64,000 nt of DNA. It comes from Amoebidium appalachense. Its lineage: Eukaryota > Protista > Ichthyosporea. The notes beneath the pieces were generated by a model, which saw only the letters and a list, made by a program, of their open reading frames with translations, made no database searches and was not told where the DNA came from. Of the stretch, positions 1-15,030 are shown piece after piece; position 1 is the stretch's first letter; each line of letters begins with the position of its first letter. The translations under genes were made by a program, and so were the position numbers. The stretch is from positions 9,608,196-9,672,195 of the forward strand of contig CAVNZM010000008.1 of assembly GCA_963693365.1 (NCBI GenBank), written 5' to 3'.

Positions 1-879
1 TCTCTTTTTTCAAGGCTTCTTTCTTCCGCCCCCAACCCCCCCCCCCCCCCTTCCTCCCCTTGTTTGTGTCTTTGCGTGTGCACCACGTGTTTCCTGCTTG
101 TGTGTGGATGCACATGTGAGATTGTCATCGAACGTTCCGCCTTTTTCTCAAGAGTTCGTGCGAGTGAATACGGATTGGCTCAAAATCATGCACCTTTGAA
201 GGTAGCTTTTGCTTTTAGACTTTATGCACATGCACCACACGGTGTGTCTCTTCACACGTGTTATAATTTGTTTTTCTGTGTGGGATTCGAATTTGACCAA
301 GAGAGGGTGTGCAAGGGGTTGTGTTTGCACCCTCAAAGGCTCAACCACTGACTGGCTCAAAATCACGTGAACTGTGTGCCCCCCCACCACTCCCCCCCCC
401 CCCCCCCCCTTTCCAACTTCCCCTCTTCCTAGCCCCCCTTTCATTTCACAGATCCCTCCCCCTCCCCCCCCCCCCCCCTCCCACTCACCTCTCCCTTGCC
501 CCCCCTTTATTTCACAAATCCCTCCCTCTTTTATTTCACAGACTCCCCCCCCCCCCCCCCCCCCCCCCGGCGCCTTCCCCCCATCTCACAAACCCAATCA
601 GTCAACTCTTCTCCAATTAATGGCTGGTATTTCTTTTCGAAAAGGCACTCCCCCTTTCCCGCGCGAGACGTGTGCACACGCATCTCATTTGCAGCAGTTC
701 TCACAAACCAGAACTGAAATAGAATCTGTCATATATATTTAAGGAATAGAGATTCTATTCGAGAAAAACGGGGATTGGATGTAAATTAAGATTAATGACA
801 TCTCCCTCGCCCCACACAACACACAATGGCATGCACACCCGCGCACACATACACACTCGACTCACACCCAAATACCATA

Positions 880-1372
880 AGGGCCCAACCACATCGGCTG
901 AGTCAACTTGCTCCGAGCAGAATTATTCTGCAAAAAGCAGAATTATTCTGCAAAAAGCGGAAGTTTTGCTAAGAGCAGAATTATTAATCAAAAGCAGAGT
1001 TATTCTGCAAAAGCAGAATCATTCTGCTAAAAGCAGAATCATTCTGCAAACAGCAGAATCAATCTGCTAAAATCAATCTGCTAAAAGCAGATTGATTCTG
1101 CTGTCGCGGCAGAATAATTCTTCTTTTTGCGGAATAATTCTGCTAAAAGTAGAATAATTCTGCTAAAAACAGAGTAATTCTGCTTTTGCAGGATAATTCT
1201 GCCAAAAGCAGCACTTGCTAAAAGCAGGGTGATTCTGCTTTTGCAAAATAATTCTGCTTTTGCAGAATAATTCTGCTTTCTGCAGAATAATTCTGCATTT
1301 TGCAGAATCATTCCGCATTTGCAGAATAATTCTGCTTTTTGCAAGTCGACTCTGCCGACGTGGTTGGGCCCT
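880..1372. mobile_element. Foldback MITE (non-autonomous DNA transposon), copy 1
   Basis: ~32-bp terminal inverted repeats (AGGGCCCAACCACATCGGCTGAGTCAACTTGC ... GCAAGTCGACTCTGCCGACGTGGTTGGGCCCT). Exact 6-bp flanking direct repeat ACCATA (874-879, 1373-1378). The interior is tandem palindromic units like GCAGAATTATTCTGC. A related copy lies at 21175-21416. Confidence 0.9.
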
Positions 1373-1624
1373 ACCATAGGACGCACATGCTCACATACTC
1401 AAACATACATACATACACGGTAACACTAACACACACACACAACCAGCTATGCGTGCAAAAACCAAAAACAGAAAAGGAAAAAAGAAGAAAAGAAACAAAG
1501 AAAGAGAGAAAATACCGTTGAACATAATTTTCAAATCGTGCAAGGCAGAAGCATCGAAGATCCGCGAATAAGTGGGGAGGTCTACCGGTGACTTTTGCTT
1601 ATATTTCTTTTTGTTACCCCCCTC

Positions 1625-1669
<45 letters not shown>

Positions 1670-1792
1670 ACACAACACACCTTTTTCTTTTTTTTTTTCC
1701 AACAGTGTGTCCGGATGGGCTGGGTCTCCATGGGTGGGTGGCCTGGAGGGAAATGTGTGGTGCGTGTGTGTGTTACGCACGTGTGTGCGTGT

Positions 1793-1865
<73 letters not shown>

Positions 1866-1886
1866 TGTGTGTCTGTACGGTGAATG

Positions 1887-1924
<38 letters not shown>

Positions 1925-1970
1925 TGTGTGGGTGTGGGTGTGTGTGTGGGTGTGTGTGTCTGTACGGTGA

Positions 1971-2060
<90 letters not shown>

Positions 2061-2104
2061 CCGCAGGGGGGAAGGGGAGGGGAAGTGGGGGGGGGGGGGG
2101 GGGG

Positions 2105-2161
<57 letters not shown>

Positions 2162-3193
2162 AGAGAGAGAGAGAGAGAGAGAGAAAGTTTGGGATTCCAG
2201 GATGAAAGAGGAGGTTTTGAAGTGACCAGAGGCTTGGGCACATGGCTTGCAGTTTATCGGTGTGTGCGTACATCATATTTTTCGTTAATGCTTTGATGTT
2301 TTTCCTTCTCCCTCCTCCTCCCCCCCCCCCCCCCCCCCCCCCCCTAGTGTTTTGCAATGGAGAGAGATCTTGTTCAGCGCAGTGAATGACCGGCCCACTC
2401 GAAATTTTACCAAACCCACAGAATGAGCCCGTTTCAGAGACATGACGGAATGATCATGGTTGCAATTTAATTAATTTGAAATATAAAATTAAAATGTGCA
2501 GGTATGCAATTCAATTCACATTGTATAACGGGTATTAAATGTGTACATGTATGGTATGGCCTCTGCACAATACAAAACTATACCGTGACTTCATCCACTT
2601 TGAAGTACTGTATAGTGTCATATGTACACCAACAGTTTGGGCAGTTCTTATTCTCACGTTGGGCAATGATACACCAGCTTGTTAAAAGAAACAAAATCAC
2701 ACAAAATCCAGAAAATAATTACCAAAAAGGGCTGTCGACACAAAGCTTAACTAGTAAGTCACATGTTTATTTACTGTAAATATCTGCAACTCTGTATCAT
2801 TACACAGTTGCTAAGCCGAAGTCGATAATCAAAACCACACACAAAACCAAAAAGAGGCAAGGGACGAACAAATGCTATCAAAAGAAAAATCGTAGGCCCA
2901 GACCACCTGAAGACGGCAGCCAAAGATAGAGATTAAGCGAAAAGAGAAAAGTTCACACACAAAAAAAAAAAGAAAAGAAGATGGGATATGAATAATAACT
3001 GGAAACAAGACGGGGATTGGGGTGTGTGGGGGGGGGGGGGGAGGGGCGGGGGAGAGGGGGAGGGGGTTCAGACTCTAAGAAAAATGAAAAGAACGGCAAG
3101 AACAGAGGCCGGAGGGCAAACGTTGCGGAGGAGCATGAGTGCACGAACTGTGGTAAGGGATCCTCGGGAAAGTGTGTGCATGCGTGTGTGTTT

Positions 3194-3252
<59 letters not shown>

Positions 3253-3319
3253 AGGAAGGGCTCAGGGGGTTACAAACCAAAAAAAAAAAAAAAAAAAGGA
3301 ATAATTAGAAGAACAGTTA

Positions 3320-4765
3320 CTAATAGTATTGATCAGAGAGCAACATCCGTGCCGTAGACCACCTCTGGAACGGGTCACCTCCCACGAATGCCTTTGGGCC
3401 CTGCTTGATATATTTGGCCATCTCCGATGGTGTGAGCAGGCACGAATCGAGAGCCTTTGTCACCGCCTCCCGATCCAGATTAGCACCGATCATAACGATC
3501 TCCTGCCGGCGATCTAAGTAGGTACCAGAGTAGGGCCCCTTCTCCAACGCGTAAATAGCGCCGGGGGGCAGCATGTTACGGGGGAATTCACACATCCATA
3601 TGCCGCCAAGGGTGAACTGGAGAAAAACGCCTGCCTGGGACCACTCCCCAATTACGCTCTCGCGGCTGGCGAGCCACACGAACCCCTTCGAGCGGAGAAC
3701 CGTAGCAAAGGGGCCCTTCTTCTTGCTCTCGACGCACTCTTGCCGCCGATCTTTCCCGTCAATGTTCGTGCCTTCCTCCCTCTGCGACTGCTCCTGAAGA
3801 ATAAACGACTCATAGAAGAGATCGTGAAGACGTACGGGGTGGAACGGGCGTATGGCGCGGTAGACAAACGACGTGATCCCGTACTCCGGGTTGTCTGGGT
3901 CCGCCTGCCCCTCGTTCAAGCTGTCCATCCACCCATCGCGCTGCCTCGCCTCTTCAATATCAAACAACCCCGTGTTGAGGATCTTGTTAAGGTCGACCTT
4001 GGCGTAGTTTGCCGTGAGGATCTCCGCCTTGGGGTTTAAGGTGCGTATCAGCTGCGTGATCCGGGAGACCTCCTCCGCACTCACCATATCAACCTTGTTC
4101 ACCACTACGACGTTTGCCCATTCCAACTGGTCATTCAGCAGGTCGACAATGTTTCTCTCGTCGTCCTCCCGGGTGGAGTCTTCATCGCTAATCTTCTTGT
4201 AGGAGTTAAAGTTGTTAAAGAAATTCGCCGCATCCACAACGGTAACCGTGGTGTCGAGCCGGGCCTGGCTGGTGAGCGACTCGAGCGCCGACGCCGGGAC
4301 CAACTTGGTTTTACCACGAGGCCCGCCCTCCGGTACCATCATCCTCGCCCCATCCTCCACCTTAAACGCAAACGTCTCCGCGACCTCCTTGGGTTCGCTG
4401 ATTCCCGAACTCTCGATAATGAGATAGTCGAAATCGCCGGTCTTTGCCAACGCCGCCACCTCGTCGAGTAAGTCACCGCGAAGGGTGCAGCAGATGCAAC
4501 CGTTTTGCAGCTGTATCAGCTTCTCTTCCCGTTGAAGAATTTTCCGGTTGGTTACTATCTCCGCGTCTATGTTCAGTTCTGCCATGTCGTTAACTATGAC
4601 GGCGCATTTCAGGCCTTCTTTGTTCTTGAGAATGTGCTCGAGAAGAGTGGTCTTTCCCGAACCAAGAAACCCGGAGAGGAGAGTCACCGGGAGCGGCTTC
4701 GGTGTTGGTTGGGCGAGCTCGATGGCGCCGGTCGTCTTGGGCCGCTTGGTTTGCATGGTAGGCAT
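3320..4765 (-). CDS. COG0523 / CobW-family (G3E) P-loop GTPase, putative zinc metallochaperone, intronless, 481 aa
   Basis: Walker A GFLGSGKTT, AVIVNDMAELNIDA, metal-binding GCICC, Walker B LIIESSG, NKVD (NKxD), and a CobW C-terminal domain (RPFHPVRL...RSKGFVWLASR...DRRQEIVMIG). Confidence 0.96.
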   Translation of the reverse strand: MPTMQTKRPKTTGAIELAQPTPKPLPVTLLSGFLGSGKTTLLEHILKNKEGLKCAVIVNDMAELNIDAEIVTNRKILQREEKLIQLQNGCICCTLRGDLLDEVAALAKTGDFDYLIIESSGISEPKEVAETFAFKVEDGARMMVPEGGPRGKTKLVPASALESLTSQARLDTTVTVVDAANFFNNFNSYKKISDEDSTREDDERNIVDLLNDQLEWANVVVVNKVDMVSAEEVSRITQLIRTLNPKAEILTANYAKVDLNKILNTGLFDIEEARQRDGWMDSLNEGQADPDNPEYGITSFVYRAIRPFHPVRLHDLFYESFILQEQSQREEGTNIDGKDRRQECVESKKKGPFATVLRSKGFVWLASRESVIGEWSQAGVFLQFTLGGIWMCEFPRNMLPPGAIYALEKGPYSGTYLDRRQEIVMIGANLDREAVTKALDSCLLTPSEMAKYIKQGPKAFVGGDPFQRWSTARMLLSDQYY

Positions 4766-6278
4766 GGTGCAATATATTTGAGGGGGAATGCAGAGGGGAA
4801 AGCTTGTGTTGTTTTGGTGTTATTACGTAATATAAACAGGAAACCTGCACCGAGGCTCTACCTAATAGGCCTTTGGTAGACCAGTGTGTGTGTATTACGT
4901 CGTCAAAACGAATATACCAATGCTTGGGCATATACTGTACAGCAGTATATAGGTGGGATTGTCGACCAAAGATGTTTGTTGTTGTGTGTGTTGTTGCGAG
5001 CGCTGTCTGTCTCGATCACTGTGGACAAACTTCTGGCACCGGCTGGCAATTTATACATCCGACTTGGCAGTCGCCATAAACCCAAACTTTCAAGAACTTG
5101 TGGAATTTTGCAATGAGGAATCTAATCTCATGATGATGATATGTATGTATCCTTCAGTCCTCAAAACCTCGGCTGAAGTGGAACCCTGAACGCCCAAAAA
5201 AAAATAAAAAAATAAAGCAAAAGGCGCTTGAATAGTATACCTGAAGAGTTTTCTGTTTAAAAAATATTTTCGGGCATTGATTTGCAGTTTAACCAAACTC
5301 TGAGTTTCATTTTCCTGTAACCACTTGGAAAGCATTCCACATGGCACTGACGCTTATATACAGCAAAAACAACATCTTATTTCGTAACCTTTGTTACATA
5401 AGCTGTTTCTCTGGTGCGAGATGTAACTGGTGCACATATTCATTAATTCGGAATTGTGAAGCACACCTTTCCTGCGGGGGTTTCATCTTGAATTGGTTTT
5501 GGGAGAATATAGGTGCACTCCGAACCAATCAAAGCGACGAAGGGCCCTGACGTGTTTTTGCCAATCCCAGGGTTCCTCAGGCGACATCCGCGCATTCCTT
5601 TACAACTTTGTGCGTGTCACCTCCCAGAGGTTGAACATTTACAAATTTTACGGATCCCCCTAATATTAATAACAATTTAAAAAACATGTTGCGCTGTGAT
5701 CATGACACGGCGACGGCACACTGCCCGTTCTGGCTTCTGACTTCACCCACCACCTTGTCATGCCCACGGCATGCATACACGGAATACACAGTTCCCCAGT
5801 GCCCACCCAAAGGTTGACTGGTGCTAACTAAAGGTTTACGGAAAGTACCGGCATTGCTGCAAACACACAAACGCACAATTAAAAACGCACGCACGCACAC
5901 ACACACACACATGTACACAAACACACACACAAACACACACACACACATGTGTACATGTCGGATCATGAGGTATATATATGTAAGTAAGGTACACATTGTA
6001 CAGACATGCAATACAATCATGAAGAGGTGTAAGTTGCATGTACATATAAGACGATAAGCACATGTACAGAGATACTTAAAGGTACGTACAACACATGTAC
6101 AGATGCGAGGCCCCTGGTGATCCACTTTGTTAACAGATACATGTGGTACATCCGATAGTACAGACCATATTAATGTATACGTACATATGCATCCACAAGG
6201 AATCAACAACAGGTAGAAAAGGAAATATATAGGGGTGATCATTTTACGACACAGTGCATGCATGGCGGTGTTGTTGAA

Positions 6279-6309
<31 letters not shown>

Positions 6310-6390
6310 CGGAAGAGAGGGGAGGGGGGGGGGGGGTGACGGAAGAGGGAGAAGGGTGAAGGGGGGGGGGGGGGGGAGAGGGGTGGAGGT

Positions 6391-6421
<31 letters not shown>

Positions 6422-7141
6422 TCAATCGCGCGCATGTAGGTCCTTGGAGTGTCTGAACCACGCTTGTGTAATCACCGTTCTTGATTATAATTAGATCATA
6501 AAAAATTCGGTGAAATACGATTGGGGAGCCGGTATGTATTGATGTGCATATTTCCCTCTGGCAGATGTGGTCCGTTTCCGGCCTTGTTATACTTATAGTA
6601 TCATATTCTTGTGGTCCAATCGATCTTTGTAGTAGCTGTTATTTGGCCAGATAGAGTGTATTATACTAGAGACTCTGGCAGGTCAAACTCTACTGGTTAG
6701 CACTTTGCCAATAATAAGGAGAGCGCAATTATGCTTGTGGCGATGGGGATGGGTTAAAGGGGATATAATGGGAAAAGACGGGAAATGAGGATACAACACG
6801 GAAGGATGGGGGAAACGGCACTGCGTGTGGAAAATAGGGGGGGAATGGGGAGATAACACGGAAGATGCTACTAGGAACTGTCAGGTGTGAACGACGAGAT
6901 AATTCGGAAAACACGGGCTCTTAGTAGACACTGAGCAAATCACCGCCACCATTCCCCATTATAGCCATATTCATTATTAAGGTACCGTAACGGCAGTAAA
7001 TCTGGCAAGCAGCTTTCCGCATTTACATAATACCACAATACGAACTCTTGGCATCGTATTTGAACAAATGAGAGCAGGTCTTGAAAAAATTATTGGCAGG
7101 CTTTGGGTGGAGGCCTGAACTTAACCTGCTATGTCTAAAGG

Positions 7142-7176
<35 letters not shown>

Positions 7177-7220
7177 CTCGAGGGTCGTAGCTTTTTTTTT
7201 TTTTTTTTTTTTCTTTTTTT

Positions 7221-7263
<43 letters not shown>

Positions 7264-8149
7264 TCGGGGCAAGTGACCCCCCCCCCCCCCCCCCCCCCCC
7301 CCCCGCCCCTCCCGCCCCCTTCCTCCTCCCCGGCCTCCCACCTCTTAAGAGTGGGGATGTCACACCCATCAATCCGGCTGGCGGGGGCATTTAAAGGTGG
7401 GAGCCGGGGCCCCCACCACACACTGTGGGGCCCAAGCTTGGTGGGTTCCCCCGGGGGCCGGTGAAGAGGGATTGGGAGCGGTGGCCCGAGGAGGGGGGAG
7501 AGGGAGGGGGAGAGAGGGAAGGGGGGGGAGGGCCGGTTAGAAGGAGGGGAGAGGAGGGAGGGTTGTGTGTGTCACGGTGTGTGTGTGTGTCTGACACTCG
7601 ATGATGGCATTTTTATGTATACTGTGTGGAGGACCCGGGCCTACTAATATTAATAGGGGGTAAGTGGGTCGAAGAAGGGAGTACTAGTCGGTCGATTCGA
7701 AGGCCCACCGTACACATTAACCGGAGCGGCCCCGCCGCATATATACTGTTGTGACTCCATAAATTGGCATGGAAATATTTTCTTAGCTCAGAAGGAAAAC
7801 ATTAGGCTACAAATATCATACCGTTCCGAATATTATTTCTGGATGCCGAGTGAGTCAGTGGATGGCATGCATGCATATGCTCATCGGTACTGTAGGCCTA
7901 GGAAGCTTGGAACGTCAGTCTTGGATTCATATGTCTTGCGGAGGGTTCACTGAAGAACATTTCCGCAGAGTCTAGACTCGGCGCTTCTACTCACTGACAG
8001 CTAAGTACTCAATTGATTTTTAAATAAACAGCTTTGATACCACATTGCATACAGTAGGCTACATCAACGTCGTGTATGAAGAATCTCCGGCTGTGTTTTC
8101 ATGTTTGATCCGGTGAAGGATGACTATGGTCCCTATGGATGATTATAGG

Positions 8150-8259
8150 CCAATAGGAATGCGGATAGTTTAAAGGTATTTTGGTACAGCCAATCGGAAT
8201 CCCTCAAAAAGCTAAGAGCATTTGATTGGTCAATCATCATCCCTTGGAGGCTATATATA
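8150..8259 (+). promoter_or_regulatory. Candidate Pol II promoter: three CCAAT boxes plus TATA
   Basis: CCAAT at 8150 and 8190, ATTGG at 8225 and TATATATA at 8252-8259, ~150 bp upstream of the ATG at 8413. Confidence 0.45.
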
Positions 8260-8412
8260 CCCAGGGTACTGAGTACCAATCTCATTTGCTCACTTTGCAC
8301 ATCCCAAAACAACATTCGCCATCTCGGACGCTAGCCTTCGAGAAAAAACCGCGCGGAAGCAGACTGTTGACACTTGGTTTATGTTCTAACTTCGTGTTTT
8401 GTGGCTCGAAGA

Positions 8413-9911
<1,499 letters not shown>

Positions 9912-10096
9912 GTGAGTGCATGCCACGTGGAAAACATCAAATTTCCGTGCTATGATGCCGGTATTTTTCGCTGTTGTAAGGGTATACATAGTAGCATGTG
10001 GTTTCAGAATTTGTCCATACAGTACAGGTCGTCATCACACGTGCACAACCACATCCTTTTGTTTAGGCACTGCACAAATCAACAGCATAAGCCTAG

Positions 10097-10537
10097 ATGC
10101 GAAAATGGGTGAAAATTTCTTCTTTGCTCGTTTCCGCTTTGTCTCCCCCTTTTATTTGTTGCCAACTATTGCCCGTTTTTCGATCTGGTAACCCTTCAAA
10201 AGTGATTAACAATCAAATTCTCGATACATGCTCAACGAATGTTCCCACGCAGGCCGCAGTCACCAGCAACCAAGACCTCGCCACCGTTCTCGTGCAACAA
10301 AACTACATTATCGCCTGCCAGTTCATCCCCTACCCATCCATATTTCGCGCGGTTCCTTTCCAACAGCGGAGGCACAAATTCGAAACGCACACCTACGTGC
10401 TCCCTACGTGCTGCTCTGTGTGCGAGCACATGTTGAAGGGGGTTGTTTGTCAGGGCCTGCAGTGCAAGAAATGGAAGTACAACGTGCACTCTGACTGTGT
10501 GGATAAGGTGCTACATTACTGCTCCGGTGCCAAGTGA
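10097..10537 (+). pseudogene. ORF/terminal exon with a degenerate C1 (DAG/phorbol-ester-binding, PKC-like) zinc finger at ~10373-10525
   Basis: HKFETHTYVLPTCCSVCEHMLKGVVCQGLQCKKWKYNVHSDCVDKVLHYC fits the C1 pattern H-x12-C-x2-C-x13-C-x2-C-x4-H-x2-C-x7-C, except that one zinc-ligand Cys is Trp (TGG). The start and splice context are unclear, so it is either a pseudogene or an atypical C1. Confidence 0.6.
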
Positions 10538-10631
10538 TTGAGCTCGCTTTTTTTTTTTTTCTTTTTTTTTTCTTCTTTTTTTTCCCCTTTTAAAGTTTTC
10601 CATTTTCAAGTGACTGTATTTTCTTTCCTTT

Positions 10632-10671
<40 letters not shown>

Positions 10672-11220
10672 TTTTTTTCTTTTTTTTTTTTCTTTTTTTC
10701 ACTTCTCCCACTTTTTTTTTCTTTTCGTGGTGCCGGTTTCCGAGACTGAGGCCCCAGAATTAGGAGTAATGTGAATGTATCACAGACAGCATGGGTATGA
10801 ATATGGGCGAATGCAGGGGATGAATAGTATCCTGGAGAAATTAATGTAAATTAGTATGATAATGAAATCAGAGAAAACATTCGAAGATGTTTAATATGCT
10901 CCTCTTCAAGCTAGGGTCTGCAATTACAGTGGCTTGAGAGCTTTTGGAAGTTCAACTTACTATCACAGTGACTCCGAGCTCGCATATTCTACCCGAATAA
11001 TTCTATTCATCATGATGTGATTAGTGTACCTAAATGAGCCATGAAGTCATCGTATTCTTAAAAGTAATTTGTGATTAATAAATATCTGAATTAGGACACA
11101 ACGACACTGGAGCACAAAAGCTTTCGTGGGCCGATGTCAGAGCCCACACATTGTTTGTGCCGGGTGTAAAAATAAATCACTCTGTATACTGTCTTACTTC
11201 GGCTGTCCGCCCCTTTCTTA

Positions 11221-11255
<35 letters not shown>

Positions 11256-11422
11256 CCCCCGTCCTTTCCCCCAGCCCCTCGGGAAGAAAAAAGAACAAGA
11301 TAGAACTTGTGGAAATGAGAGGTACTATTCGGAAAATCATATGGCTATAGTTTCTATGACTTGTTTTGGGAGAGGTGACCCCCCTCCCCCCTCCCCCCCT
11401 CCCCCCCATGCCCCCCTCCTCC

Positions 11423-11453
<31 letters not shown>

Positions 11454-12101
11454 ACCACCACCACCAAAAACCAAAAACCAAAAAAAAAACAAAAAAAAAA
11501 AACAAAACAAAAAATCAAAAAAACAGATAACTTAAATAGATAAACAGAAAACTTTGAAAAGAAAGAAGAAGAGGTGCATACTGAGCAGTAATTTAATTTG
11601 AACAAAAATGTAAGGACCCTTTCAGTATGCAGGGCATTCCCCCCGGCCTGTCTATCGACACCTTGTGCAATTTCTATGCTACCTCTAAGCCACAGGCACA
11701 CACCTGTATCTCACTTAAGGACGCCTATTTTCCTATTTTTCTTGCAAACTTTGTGCGAAATATAAAAAGTTATAAAGTTTGAGACGGAAATAGTGATTGT
11801 TTCCGCTCAAAACCCTTTCCAGCATATCCCATTCGGTATCTCAGCCCCGGATTTATGGTAGGCGCATTTCCAATCCCGGAAAGTTTAAATTTATCTGCTC
11901 CTTTCTCGGGCTCTAAGACTTTGCTGACACCAAAACAGGTATCCGCGATCCCCCCTCCCCCCCCCCCCCCCCCCCCCCCCCCAACAACCAACCAATCACC
12001 CACCCACCCCCACCCCCCGCCCTCCCCCCCCCCCCCCCCCCCAACAACCAACCAATCACCCACCCCCCTCCCCCCCCCCTCCCCCCCCCCTCCCCCCCCC
12101 C

Positions 12102-12139
<38 letters not shown>

Positions 12140-12470
12140 ACACACACATTTATTTATTTATTAATCCCGTTTCACTCCCAGCGAGGCACTGCCTCAGGGG
12201 AGCTTACCGTCTTCCGCCTAGACACAGATCGTACTGTATAGCACACTCATCTGGCAGGATTCTAACTTGACCCCAACTGGCCGGTGCTGTTCATGACGTC
12301 ATGTCTTGCGGCTGGATGATAACAAATTGGTGGTGCTGCTTGACGTGGTCTGGGGTGATGGCTTCTAGGAGGCGGCCAGACCGGTGGACAGCGAGCAGAC
12401 AAAAATCGGCAGTAACCAGGATCGATCCTGCGACTCGGAGCTTGACACGCAGAGATCTTACCATTGCACC

Positions 12471-12512
<42 letters not shown>

Positions 12513-12907
12513 ACACACACACAAACAAACACACACGCACACACGGACGGACGTGCACATACTGCACGGGCTATGTGAGCAAGAGACACAGCGCCTACTC
12601 AATTTCTCAGCATATTTCGAAGCATTTCAAACTCCCTCTCCCTCTCCGACTCTCCGCCCCTCCCTCCGAGCCTTTCTCTTCCTCCCTCTCAGCATCTCCC
12701 TCTCTTCTTCCCCCGCTCTCCCTTCCACATATCTAGCGCTCTCCCCCTCTCTCAAAGCTTGCTCCCTCGGATCTCTATCTCTCCGTCCCCCCCCTCCCCC
12801 CCTCCCCCCTTTCCCCTTGTACTTTCCCTCTCCTTCTCCTGCTCCCTCCTTCCCTCCCTCCCTCCCTACCTCCCTACCTCCCTCCCTCCCCCCCCCCCCT
12901 CTCTCTC

Positions 12908-12942
<35 letters not shown>

Positions 12943-13431
12943 CCCCCCCCCCCCTCTCCCTCTCTCTGTGTGTGTTTAAAGTGTCCCCCATGCAACTCCC
13001 CCCCCCCCCCCCTCTCCCCGTAGTCCTCCCCCCTCCCCCCTCCCTCCCTCCCCCCTGTCCACCCGCCCCCCCTCCCCCTCAAAAAAAACAAAAAAAAAAA
13101 CAAAAAAAAAACGGCACATCACACTCCCAGTGGCACCCAAACATCTACACAGCCTCCCGCAATTTGCCGGAACGAAACAGTCCGTAATAGAAGAAATTTG
13201 GCACATGTGTCACGGTAAGATGGGACTGGTTCATTTACAAGATCGAGGCTTTTCTTCAGACTATTGACGACTTTCCTTTTTTCCCTTTTCTTTTTTTTCT
13301 GTTCTTCCCCCCCCCCCCCCCCCCCCCCCCCCTCCCCCCCCTTTTATTTTGAAAGTTTACTTTTTCCCCTTTGAATGCAAGGGTTGGGGGGGGGGGGGGG
13401 GGGGGGGGGGGGAGGGGGGGGGGGTGTCAAA

Positions 13432-13495
<64 letters not shown>

Positions 13496-13547
13496 TTCGG
13501 GGGGGGGGGGGGGGGGGGGGGAGAGGAGTTATTGGGTGTGTGTGTGT

Positions 13548-13583
<36 letters not shown>

Positions 13584-14707
13584 GAGGGGGAAGGATTATT
13601 GTCGTTAGGCTGGCAATCAAACAATCATCACTCGATTCTGCAGTCCGTCGAGTTTTGATCACATGTACAGGAAGTTGACGTCACATCGTGACTGAAGCAG
13701 TTTGTAAAATATTCGAATTCGGACCGTCAAAGGTGATATGAAAAACATATTTCATTTATTGACCCCCATACCTGAGGCTGGTCTCTCTTTGCCTCGAGCA
13801 AACAGCGTAAACCCCTTTATGTATACTATGATTACAGTTCGAATTAGTTTACAACGAGACATTCCTACTGTACATGTCTGTCACGTACAACAACAACTCT
13901 TACAGTGTTTACTCGGGTTGTAGGCGTACATATACGTATCAGGTATTATCTTTGGGTGATTTAGTAGGCATCCAATGGAATACACAGCCCTTTAAACCTC
14001 TGTGCACACAGTAGTGCACACACAGGTGTACGTGAACAAACCCCCTTCCCTTGTTCATCATAGTTAAAGATGCTTATTGAGCAGTAATAAAGATTGTAGA
14101 TTTTGGCTATTCTATCTATATCTTCTCTATTCAGTACACGTGTAGCCTACACTTGCGAGTTGAGTGATATCGATGCATTGGCGCGTCGGCAACGTTTGAA
14201 CGATCATAACCACGGATAAAGTCCGACAGTAAGGTTGCTCGTTCGCATGTCGGTCATGGAGGGGAACTTGGCTGGTAAAGTGCATCCAAGAAAAGTAATT
14301 TCAAGAAAAGGATTGTAACAGAGTGTAAATTTTACGAAAACATGGCATTTCTGTTTGAGATTCTGCACAAGCAATACAGTATTTGTGATTGAAAGTTCCC
14401 TGAGCCAAGAACTGATAATGAAGATCTTATGCTTGGCACAGCTATTTACATCACGAACCAAGCCCGGATCCTGACATGCATTCCACAGAGGCCACATGCA
14501 CAAAGGATCTACCCGCTTCCATGCGCAGAATCTATACCCAAGGTGTGAGATTTGTCCTCCACAGCATGAAAATATTAACAAACAGAACATATATACTAGC
14601 TAGAAATGTTTCACCTAAAAGGAACACTATATCATAAGTTGAATGATGTCATTCTTTGCACGCAAAGACCCAGAGTCTTGGTCACATAGCGGGCAGCCAT
14701 TTCAGCG

Positions 14708-15030
14708 ATTGGCTCAATGCTGGGATTTCGTTTTTCCTATTGGCTATTTGTTAGGTTGCCAGCATATCGAAATTATACATTACAAATACCAACTTTTGTG
14801 CACCTGTGGATCTGCGCCACAAAATTTCCTAGAGAGCCCCAAATTTCTTTAAAAACAAGAGCCCCCTTTTCAACTTACATACTTTCAAAAACTACATAAA
14901 TCCAGACAAAAAATTTCAATGCGGGGGGGCTCAAAATGATGATTTGCTTTTTTAGACAGCATCCAATCACAACGCTACTTGCAAATTTGCATTTTCATTG
15001 GCTGCTGAACCATCCCTGCCGCCTATATAT
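14708..15030 (+). promoter_or_regulatory. Candidate PMCA promoter: four CCAAT/ATTGG boxes plus TATA
   Basis: ATTGG at 14708, 14739 and 14997, CCAAT at 14963, TATATAT at 15024-15030; the ATG is at 15196. Confidence 0.5.

Noticed and set aside
2895-2955. CCTGAAGA...CGAAA hammerhead candidate
   Set aside because: Stem II cannot close (C opposite C) and there is no stem III.
7722-7750. Helitron-like 3' hairpin GCGGC-CCC-GCCGC
   Set aside because: It is followed by CTGT rather than CTRR, and there is no second copy or 5' end.
12212-12465. Coding-looking - strand stretch ending at a GTAAG donor
   Set aside because: It has an in-frame stop and no recognisable domain.
13700-14600. 128-aa - strand ORF in unique sequence upstream of PMCA
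   Set aside because: No recognisable motif or splice structure; it may be decayed transposon sequence.
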